DNA of 64,000 bases from an uncultured Alphaproteobacteria bacterium (GTDB lineage Bacteria; Pseudomonadota; Alphaproteobacteria; Rhizobiales; Xanthobacteraceae): the NCBI GenBank assembly GCA_963703845.1, contig CAVPFQ010000025.1:105486-169485 (forward strand), written 5' to 3'. Both the position numbers and the translations under genes were made by a program. Under the pieces are notes generated by a model that saw only the letters and a program-made list of their open reading frames with translations, was not told where the DNA came from and did no database searches. This document shows positions 54,128-64,000 of this stretch, piece by piece (the stretch's first letter is position 1; the number at the start of each line of letters is the position of its first letter).

Positions 54128-56236
54128 GTGATCGTATCGCTACCGCTCGAGCAGGCGATCGCGCTGGCCGATCAGCACTTGCAGGCGGGCAGGCTTCCGG
54201 CGGCCGAGGCCGTGTGCCGGGATATCTTGCGCGCCCTCCCGAATTGTGCGCCCGCCCTGCATCTTCTCGCCCTCATTGCCTACCGGGTGGGTAAGCTGCC
54301 GCTGGCAATCGATCTTGTTCGAACTGCCATCGCAGCCGACGCGACCAACGCGCTGTATCACTGCAATCTCGGCGAAATGTACCGCCTCGCCGGCGACCGT
54401 GACGCGGCTCTCGCCAGCGGCCGCCGCGCGCTGGCGCTCGATCCGAAGCTGCCGCAGGCGCACAATAATGTCGGCATCGTCCATTACGAACGCGGCGAAT
54501 TCGACGACGCGGCCGCCCATTATCGGCAGTCCATCGCGCTTACGCCGAACTACGCGGAGGCCCACAGCAATCTCGGCAATGCGCTGCGCGCAAAAAAGCA
54601 ACATGGCGAAGCATTGCTCGCCTACCAGCAGGCGCGACAGCTGCGTCCGGATTACGCCGAGGCCATCAACAACATGGGCACGGTGTTGCGCGATATGGGC
54701 CGCGAGGCGGAAGCGGAAGCAGCCTACCGGCAGGCTTTGGCCATCAAGCCCGAGGACGTCAGCGTCCTCAACAATCTGGCGCTGGTGATGAAGCAGGGTG
54801 AACGGTTCGACGAGGCGAGCGCGGTGCTGGACCGTTCCCTGTCGCTCGATCCGAACAACGTGAAGACCCTGACCTATCTGGCGCTGCTCCGGCTCGACCA
54901 GAAACGCAGCGCGGACGCTGCAATGGCGGCGCAGCGTGCGCTGATGATCGCCCGCGACGACCCTGAAGCGATCAACACCATGGGCCTCGTGCGCTACGAG
55001 CAGCTGAATCTGGACGATGCACTCGGCCATTTCAGGCGCGCGATCGCGCTCAAGCCGGACCTCGCCGATGCCCACAACAATATCGGCAATCTCCTGAAGG
55101 AGAGGGGAGAGCTTGCCGGCGCGTGCGAAGCATACGAGCGGGCCATCGCGCTCGATCCGACGGAAGTCGCGCATTACGTCAACTACGTCGATGCAAGGAA
55201 ATTCGTCGCAGGCGACCCGCATCTTGCGTCGATGGAAGCCATCGCGCAAACGCGCCAGAACCTGAGCGATACCGCACAGTACCAGCTCGATTTCTCGCTG
55301 GCCAAGGTCTATGACGACATCGGTCGCTACGACGACGCGTTCGATTCGATGCTTCGCGCCAATACGACGAAGCGCAAGAGGATCACGTATGACGAGGCTC
55401 AGACGCTCGGCCTTTTCGACCGGCTACGCTCCACATTCGATCGGGGCCTGTTCGAAGCGCGCCTCGGCAGCGGCTGTCGCTCTTCGCTCCCGGTATTCGT
55501 CATCGGCATGCCGCGCTCGGGCACCACGCTGATCGAACAGATTCTGGCGAGCCATCCAGCCGTTCACGGCGCCGGCGAGTTGTCCGAATTCGATCAGCTT
55601 GCCAAGCAGATGTGCGATGCCCGCGGCGAGGCTTTCCAGCTTCCCGAAGGCGCGCGGGTACTGCAGCCTGGCGATCTGCTCAAGCTCGGCGAATCCTATG
55701 CAGCGGAGTTGCAACGCCTCGCGCCGGGCGCCGAACGGGTCACCGACAAGATGCCGGCGAATTTCCTCTATGCGGGCCTGATCCATCAGGCGCTGCCGCA
55801 CGCGCGCATCGTCCATGTGTCGCGCGACCCGCGCGATACCTGCCTGTCATGCTATTCGAAGCTGTTCACGGCGGAGCAGAATTTCAGCTACGACCTTGGT
55901 GAACTTGGGCGCTACTATCGCAAATATACCGAGCTGATGGCGCACTGGCGCGATGTGTTGCCCGAGGGCCGCATGCTCGAAATCCGCTATGAGGATGTGA
56001 TCGCCGATCTGGAAGGGTCGGCGCGGCAACTGATCGGGCATTGCGGCCTCGACTGGGACCCGAGCTGCATCGCCTTTCACAAGTCGCAGCGCCCGGTGCG
56101 TACCGCGAGCGCAGCCCAGGTGCGGCGCCCGATCTATCGTACATCGCTGCAGCGCTGGCGAGCCTATGAGCCGCATCTCGCACCGCTGCTCGCCGAATTG
56201 GACGTTCTGGCACAGCCCCGCGGCGACGCCGACTAA
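54128..56236 (+). CDS. TPR-repeat protein with a C-terminal sulfotransferase domain
   Basis: Multiple TPRs (AEAHSNLGNAL etc.); PAPS-binding motifs IGMPRSGTTL and RDPRDTCLS; GTG start. Confidence 0.9.
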   Translation: MIVSLPLEQAIALADQHLQAGRLPAAEAVCRDILRALPNCAPALHLLALIAYRVGKLPLAIDLVRTAIAADATNALYHCNLGEMYRLAGDRDAALASGRRALALDPKLPQAHNNVGIVHYERGEFDDAAAHYRQSIALTPNYAEAHSNLGNALRAKKQHGEALLAYQQARQLRPDYAEAINNMGTVLRDMGREAEAEAAYRQALAIKPEDVSVLNNLALVMKQGERFDEASAVLDRSLSLDPNNVKTLTYLALLRLDQKRSADAAMAAQRALMIARDDPEAINTMGLVRYEQLNLDDALGHFRRAIALKPDLADAHNNIGNLLKERGELAGACEAYERAIALDPTEVAHYVNYVDARKFVAGDPHLASMEAIAQTRQNLSDTAQYQLDFSLAKVYDDIGRYDDAFDSMLRANTTKRKRITYDEAQTLGLFDRLRSTFDRGLFEARLGSGCRSSLPVFVIGMPRSGTTLIEQILASHPAVHGAGELSEFDQLAKQMCDARGEAFQLPEGARVLQPGDLLKLGESYAAELQRLAPGAERVTDKMPANFLYAGLIHQALPHARIVHVSRDPRDTCLSCYSKLFTAEQNFSYDLGELGRYYRKYTELMAHWRDVLPEGRMLEIRYEDVIADLEGSARQLIGHCGLDWDPSCIAFHKSQRPVRTASAAQVRRPIYRTSLQRWRAYEPHLAPLLAELDVLAQPRGDAD

Positions 56237-56303
56237 CCCTTGGGAACGCCGGATGCCGCGAACCGGCCTTTAGCGTTAGCTTTGAATGCGAGCGGCGCGA
56301 AAA

Positions 56304-58191
<1,888 letters not shown>

Positions 58192-58240
58192 GATCGCGGG
58201 AGAGGCGGCTTCACAAAAAACACCAACGGGAGGATTTGGG

Positions 58241-59378
58241 ATGAGCGACGGCAAGACCGGGCTTCAGCTTCGTTCGCTGATCAAGAAAAGCGGTGTAGCT
58301 CGAAATTTCTCTCGTCAGCGTGCCGGTGCCGGAACCGGGTCCCGACGAAGTCGTGGTCCGGGTCGAGGCTTCCCCGATCAATCCGTCCGACCTCGGGCTG
58401 CTGGTCGGGGCCGCCGATATGTCGACCGCCACGGCGTCGGGCACCAAGGACTCGCCCGTCATTACCGCAAAAGTCCCGGAGGCGGCCATGCGAGCCATGG
58501 CCGGGCGGCTCGATGAATCGATGCCGGTCGGCAATGAGGGCGCCGGCGTGGTGATCAGGACGGGATCGTCGGATGCGGCCAAGGCGCTGATGGGCAAGAC
58601 CGTGGCCATGATCGGCGGCGGGATGTATGCGCAGTATCGTTGCCTGCGGGTCGCCGAATGCATGCCGCTTCCGGCAGGCACTACGCCCGCCGAGGCCGCT
58701 TCCTCCTTCGTCAATCCGCTGACGGCGCTCGGCATGACCGAAACCATGCGGCGCGAGGGCCACAAGGCGCTGGTGCATACGGCGGCGGCTTCCAATCTCG
58801 GGCAGATGCTCAACAAGATCTGCCTCAAGGACGGCATCGCTCTGGTCAATATCGTCCGCAGCAAGGAGCAGGCCGACATCCTGCACAAGATCGGCGCCAA
58901 GCATGTCGTCGACTCGACATCGCCGACCTTCATGGACGAACTCACCAATGCGCTGGTCGAGACCGGGGCGACGCTGGCCTTCGATGCCATCGGCGGCGGC
59001 AAGCTTGTGGGGCAAATCCTGACCTGCATGGAGATTGCGGCCAACAAGACCGCAAAGGTCTACAGCCGCTACGGATCCAGCGTTTACAAGCAAGTCTATA
59101 TCTATGGCAGTCTCGACACCCGTCCGACCGAGCTGAACCGGGCCTTCGGCATGGCCTGGGGCATCGGCGGCTGGCTGTTGACGCCGTTCCTGATGAAGAT
59201 CGGACACGCCGAGGGACAAAAGCTGCGCCAGCGGGTGGTCGACGAGCTCAAGACAACCTTTGCCAGCCATTACACCCAGGTCGTCTCGCTGCAGGAGGCG
59301 CTGCAGCCGAACCATATCGCCGTCTACGCCAAACGCGCGACCGGCGAGAAGTATCTGATCAATCCGAACAAGAGCTGA
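58241..59378 (+). CDS. MDR-family NAD(P)H oxidoreductase with an apparent +1 frameshift near 58296
   Basis: MSDGKTGLQLRSLIKKSG joins ELEISLVSVPVPEP...EASPINPSD...NPLTA if one T is removed. Confidence 0.8.
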
Positions 59379-59471
59379 TAACATTCGGGGTACCGGAGCG
59401 CTCGGTTCATGCTGACGCGATCAAGCCGCAGGAGTTGCTGAAGAATCGTTTTTGAAAATGGGGGGAATTCA

Positions 59472-59645
59472 ATGTCGACAGATCTGAAATATCTGGCCTT
59501 TACCGCCATTCTCACGGCATCGCTGTGGATACCCTATGTGGTCTGCCAGGTGACGACGAATGGAGGGCTTAAGCCCGCTAATTATCTCGATCCCACGCAG
59601 CGGCCGATACCGCTATGGGGCAAGCGCGCCGACCGCGGTCGATAA
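59472..59645 (+). pseudogene. 5' fragment of a MAPEG-family membrane protein gene
   Basis: MSTDLKYLAFTAILTASLWIPYV...PLWGKRADR, then an abrupt change of sequence and a stop. Confidence 0.7.
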
Positions 59646-60441
59646 CTTCGTTGCCAATGTCTCCAAGGAACAGGCGGAGGCCGCGGCCGAGGCCGCTTAC
59701 ATGCCGAAAGGCATGGTGACGGTGCCGTTCAACCCGCAGCTTATCAACACCGGCTCGAAACTGGTCCTGATCGACTGCGGCAACGGCGTTTCCATGCTGG
59801 AGCCGAGCAAAGGCCGGGCCGGCCGCACCTTGCAAAACCTCGCCGCCGCCGGCGTCGATCCCAAGAGCATCGACATCGTGCTGATGTCGCATCTGCATCC
59901 CGATCATACCAACGGCATCCGGGCCGCCGACGGCTCGATGGCGTTTCCGAATGCCGAAATCATGGTGCCGGCGAAGGACTGGGAATTCTGGATGAGCCCC
60001 GAGAACGCCGCCAAGGCCGAGTCCAACACCATGATGAAGAACTACTTCGCCAATGTGAAGAAGATCTACGCCGGCATCGAGTAGAAGGTGACGAGATATG
60101 ACTGGGGCAAGGAAGTCGCGCCCGGCATCACCTCGATCGCGACGCCGGGTCATACGCCCGGACACACCTCGTTCGCGGTCGCATCCGGCGATTCGAAAAT
60201 CCTGGTTCAGGCCGACGTCACCAACATTCCCGAATTCTTCCTGCGCAATCCGGACTGGCATGTGGTCTATCACACGGATCCCGCGCTGGCGCAGGAAACC
60301 CGTCACAAGTTCTACGACATGGCGTCGGCGGAGAAGGCGACGGTGGTAGGCTTCCATTTCACCTTCCCCTCGATCGGCCATGTCGAGAAGGACGGCAGCA
60401 AGTACCGGTTGATCCCGGCCGTCTGGAGCCCGGTGATTTGA
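59638..60441 (+). pseudogene. 5'-truncated MBL-fold metallo-hydrolase with an in-frame TAG at 60082-60084
   Basis: LIDCG, SHLHPDH, GHTPGH, GFHF; begins mid-protein at VDNFV with no own start. Confidence 0.8.
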
Positions 60442-60464
60442 CCGCTGCTGGCCGTGGTTGATAC

Positions 60465-60496
60465 GTCAGGCCGCCGATCGGCGGCCTGACGGTTTT
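60465..60496 (+). terminator. Rho-independent terminator
   Basis: Perfect palindrome gtcaggccgccgatcggcggcctgac followed by ggtttt. Confidence 0.7.
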
Positions 60497-60598
60497 CAGG
60501 CCTCCGGGATTGCGAAATTCATGCACTTGCATCTTTTGCCGACATGGCTAGGGTGAGCGCAATCTCATCCGCCGTCCCGCTATCCAAGAGGAAGTCCC

Positions 60599-61156
60599 AT
60601 GGCCAGCCCCTACAACATCGTCGTCATCGTCGGCAGCATTCGAAAAGAGAGCTTTACGCTCAAGATCGCCAATACCCTGGCCAAGCTGGCGCCGGCTTCG
60701 CTCAAGCTCGATGTCACGACGCTGCAGGGTATTTCCTTCTTCAATCAGGACCTGGAAGCGACCCCTCCGGCGGATTGGCTGGCGTTCCGGGAAAAACTGC
60801 AGCAGTCGAACGGAGTGCTGTTCGTCACCCCCGAATACAACCGCTCGATTCCGGGCGTGCTGAAGAACGCCATCGACGTCGGCTCGCGCCCCTATGGCAA
60901 GAGTTCGTTCCTGGGCAAGCCGATGGGCATCGTCTCCAATTCGCCGGGACCGCTCGGCGGCGTCAACGCCGCCAAACATCTGCAGAACATCCTGCCCGGC
61001 ATTTCCGGCCCGATCATGGGACAGCCGGAAGCCTATTTGAATGCCGTCGGCGATGCCTTCGACGAGAGGGGCCAGTGCTCCAAGGAGACGCTGCTGAAGG
61101 TGCTGCAGCAATATATCGACGCCTTTGCGGCCTTCGTCGAGAAGCAAAACAAATAG
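60599..61156 (+). CDS. NADPH-dependent FMN reductase (ChrR-like)
   Basis: GSIRKES, TPEYNRSIPGVLKNAID. Confidence 0.9.
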   Translation: MASPYNIVVIVGSIRKESFTLKIANTLAKLAPASLKLDVTTLQGISFFNQDLEATPPADWLAFREKLQQSNGVLFVTPEYNRSIPGVLKNAIDVGSRPYGKSSFLGKPMGIVSNSPGPLGGVNAAKHLQNILPGISGPIMGQPEAYLNAVGDAFDERGQCSKETLLKVLQQYIDAFAAFVEKQNK

Positions 61157-61186
61157 GCAGCGCGCCTTCGCTGGCGACTGGCGGCC

Positions 61187-61202
61187 TTAGGATTCCATTA
61201 AC
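61187..61202. promoter_or_regulatory. CtrA-like box with an embedded GANTC upstream of ftsB
   Basis: TTAG-gattcca-TTAAC; one mismatch to TTAA-N7-TTAAC. Confidence 0.5.
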
Positions 61203-61225
61203 CGGGCCGCCGCATCCTCCGGCCC

Positions 61226-61543
61226 ATGGTCTCGCGCTCCCGACTTAAATCCCTGCTCACCGGGCTTGCCCTCTATACGATCGCGGCGGCGATGGTCGGC
61301 TATTTCGGCGTCAACGCTTATACCGGGAAGTATGGCTTGAACGCACGGCAGGAACTGGATCAGGAAATCATCACGCTGACGTCGGAATTGGCGCGGCTGA
61401 AGCGGGAGCGCGCCCAGGGCGAGCAGCGGGTGTCGCTGCTGCGCTCCGACCGGGTCGACCCCGACATGCTCGACGAGCGCGCCCGCTATCAGCTCGATTA
61501 CGCCAATCCCCACGACCTGGTGCGGATCAACACGCCGAACTGA
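61226..61543 (+). CDS. ftsB: Septum formation initiator FtsB/DivIC
   Basis: One TM, coiled coil, LDERARYQL; eno...ftsB-pdhA context. Confidence 0.85.
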   Translation: MVSRSRLKSLLTGLALYTIAAAMVGYFGVNAYTGKYGLNARQELDQEIITLTSELARLKRERAQGEQRVSLLRSDRVDPDMLDERARYQLDYANPHDLVRINTPN

Positions 61544-61696
61544 TCGTCAAATTCCAAATTTGCACGGAATCAATTTCGAAAATGTCGCGCGGCATTGCAC
61601 TGCGGTATGACGAAATTTTCGCTCGTTCACGCAATCCTTTCACCGCGGTTTGAGTTGGGTTAGAGAGGGCTAGTCGTTCTCTCATCCGGATCCGCC

Positions 61697-62738
61697 ATGG
61701 CCGCACCGAAGAAGTCAGTCACAAAAGATTTCAGGCCAGGAAAAGGGCCCGGAAAAGGGTAACGGTTCCGACCAGCCCCCGGAATTCACCCGGGAGCAGG
61801 AGCTGGGCGCGCTGCGCGACATGCTGCTGATCCGGCGTTTCGAGGAGAAGGCCGGCCAGCTCTACGGCATGGGCGCGATCGGCGGCTTTTGCCATCTGTA
61901 TATCGGCCAGGAAGCCATCGTCGTCGGCATGCAGATGACCCTGAAGAAGGGCGATCAGGTCATAACAGGATACCGCGACCACGGGCACATGCTCGCCACC
62001 GGCATGGAGGCGAAGGGCGTGATGGCCGAATTGACCGGACGCCATGGCGGCTATTCCCACGGCAAGGGCGGCTCGATGCACATGTTCAGCAAGGAGAAGA
62101 ATTTCTTCGGCGGCCACGGCATCGTCGCTGCGCAAGTTTCGCTCGGGACGGGCCTTGCCTTCGCCAACCGCTATCGCGGCAACGATTTTGTCAGTCTGGC
62201 CTATTTCGGCGACGGCGCCTCGAACCAGGGGCAAGTCTATGAGAGTTTCAATATGGCCGAGCTGTGGAAGCTCCCCGTGGTTTACATCATCGAGAACAAC
62301 CGCTACGCCATGGGCACCTCGGTGACGCGCTCCTCGGCGCAAACCGATTTTTCCAAGCGCGGCATTTCCTTCAACATCCCGGGCGAACAGGTCGACGGCA
62401 TGGACGTCCGTGCGGTGAAAGCCGCCGGCGACAAGGCAGTCGCCTGGTGCCGCGCCGGCAAGGGCCCCTATATCCTGGAAATGCAGACCTACCGCTACCG
62501 CGGTCATTCGATGTCGGACCCGGCCAAATACCGCACCCGCGAGGAAGTCGACAAGGTGCGGCACGATCAGGATCCGATCGAGCAGGTCCGCAACCGCCTT
62601 CTGGCGGCCAAGATGAGCGAACAGGAATTGAAGGCGATCGACGCCGAGGTGCGCGAGATCGTCAACGCCGCCGCTGATTTCGCGCAGCACGACCCTGAGC
62701 CGGATCCGTCTGAATTGTGGACGGATGTCTATCGCTAA
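61697..62738 (+). CDS. pdhA: Pyruvate dehydrogenase E1 alpha (apparent +1 frameshift at 61729-61731)
   Basis: MAAPKK start joins [11 protein letters not shown] if one T is removed; [22 protein letters not shown]. Confidence 0.93.
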
Positions 62739-62787
62739 AGCGCCGGGCGCGCTTGCAGCCTCAAGAGTGAATTTTTCCGGAGCTACC

Positions 62788-64000
62788 ATGCCAATTCAAG
62801 TGCTGATGCCCGCGCTGTCGCCGACCATGGAAAAGGGCAACCTTTCGAAATGGCTGAAAAAGGAGGGCGAGCCGATCAAGTCGGGCGATGTCATCGCCGA
62901 GATCGAGACCGACAAGGCGACCATGGAAGTCGAGGCCACCGATGAGGGCACGCTCGGCAAGATCCTGATCCCGGAAGGCACCGCCGACGTCGCCGTCAAC
63001 ACCCCGATCGCGACCATTCTGGCGGACGGCGAGAGCGCTGCCGATCTCGGCAAGGCGCAAGCGCCTGCCAAGCAGGAGAAAGCCGCGGAATTCTGCGCCA
63101 CCCGCCGAGGCCAAAGCCGAGGCTCCCGCAGCCAAATCGGGTGGCGGCGAAGAAAAGAAGGCGCCCGCCGCGCCCAAGGCCGTCGCCGAGCCCGATCCGG
63201 AGGTGCCGGAGGGCACCGAGATGGTGACCATGACCATCCGCGAGGCGCTGCGGGACGCCATGGCCGAGGAGATGCGCCGCGACCCCGATGTGTTCCTGAT
63301 GGGCGAAGAGGTCGCCGAATATCAGGGCGCCTACAAGGTCAGTCAGGGGCTGCTGCAGGAATTCGGCGCCCGGCGCGTCATCGATACCCCGATCACCGAG
63401 CACGGCTTTGCCGGCATCGGCGTCGGCGCCGCGATGGCGGGCTTAAAGCCGATCGTCGAATTCATGACCTTCAATTTCGCCATGCAGGCGATGGACCAGA
63501 TCATCAATTCCGCCGCCAAGACGCTGTACATGTCGGGCGGGCAGATGGGTTGCTCGATCGTGTTCCGCGGCCCCAACGGCGCCGCCGCCCGCGTCGCCGC
63601 CCAGCACAGCCAGGATTATTCGGCCTGGTACTCGCAGATTCCCGGGCTGAAGGTGATCGCGCCGTATTCGGCCGCCGACTACAAGGGCCTGCTCAAGGCC
63701 GCGATCCGCGATCCCAATCCCGTTATCTTCCTCGAAAACGAAATGCTCTATGGCCATTCCGGCGAAGTCCCGAAACTCGCCGATTACGTGATCCCGATCG
63801 GGAAGGCGCGGATCGTGCGCTCCGGCGGCCACGTCACCATCGTCTCCTGGTCGAACGGCATGTCGTACGCGCTGAAGGCGGCCGAGGAACTCGCCAAGGA
63901 AGGCATCGAGGCCGAGGTGATCGATCTGCGCACTCTGCGCCCGATGGACACCGACACCATCATCGCCTCGGTCAAGAAGACCGGGCGCGCCGTCACGGTG
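62788..64000 (+). CDS. pdhB: Pyruvate dehydrogenase E1 beta with an N-terminal lipoyl domain (apparent +1 frameshift near 63091; runs off the window)
   Basis: [14 protein letters not shown] lipoyl site; later [22 protein letters not shown]. Confidence 0.92.
   Translation, partial: MPIQVLMPALSPTMEKGNLSKWLKKEGEPIKSGDVIAEIETDKATMEVEATDEGTLGKILIPEGTADVAVNTPIATILADGESAADLGKAQAPAKQEKAAEFCATRRGQSRGSRSQIGWRRRKEGARRAQGRRRARSGGAGGHRDGDHDHPRGAAGRHGRGDAPRPRCVPDGRRGRRISGRLQGQSGAAAGIRRPARHRYPDHRARLCRHRRRRRDGGLKADRRIHDLQFRHAGDGPDHQFRRQDAVHVGRADGLLDRVPRPQRRRRPRRRPAQPGLFGLVLADSRAEGDRAVFGRRLQGPAQGRDPRSQSRYLPRKRNALWPFRRSPETRRLRDPDREGADRALRRPRHHRLLVERHVVRAEGGRGTRQGRHRGRGDRSAHSAPDGHRHHHRLGQEDRARRHG

Noticed and set aside
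61821-62738. Using the track start 61821 for pdhA, and calling pdhA, pdhB, lexA or dxr pseudogenes
   Set aside because: Each defect is a single base at a GANTC site in an otherwise intact housekeeping gene, better explained as a sequencing artefact.

Overview
GC-rich alphaproteobacterial chromosome window, most consistent with Bradyrhizobium or a close Nitrobacteraceae relative (inferred from gene order, a glnS beside gltX, the GTTC-N7-GTTC SOS box and typical palindromic repeats). The backbone is core genome: pyrH-frr-uppS-cdsA-dxr-rseP-bamA-lpxD-fabZ-lpxA-lpxI-lpxB, gltA/gltX/glnS, comEC, lexA, moeA, moaC-trpC-trpD-ppiD, tpiA, secG, pyrG, kdsA, queF, eno, ftsB, pdhA, pdhB. Accessory blocks are inserted between moeA and moaC, pyrG and kdsA, kdsA and eno, and eno and ftsB. 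The best candidate for an undescribed system is a lower-GC, translationally coupled two-gene unit at 26400-28147. It encodes a 4-TM membrane protein with a C-terminal RelE/ParE-like domain, followed by a RelE/ParE-like domain fused to a TIR domain, and is a possible anti-phage NADase module. The ORF track fragments it because each gene carries a single-base lesion at a GANTC site. Eight such lesions (dxr x2, lexA, both module genes, an MBL hydrolase, pdhA, pdhB) each restore to GANTC with one base change, so they are probably CcrM-methylation-linked base-calling errors rather than real mutations. Also found: a decayed brnT-brnA pair absent from the ORF track, an autotransporter divergent from a TPR-sulfotransferase, a MAPEG::MBL deletion scar, CtrA-type boxes and several REP-like repeat families. 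No rRNA, tRNA, CRISPR array, transposase or integrase was seen.
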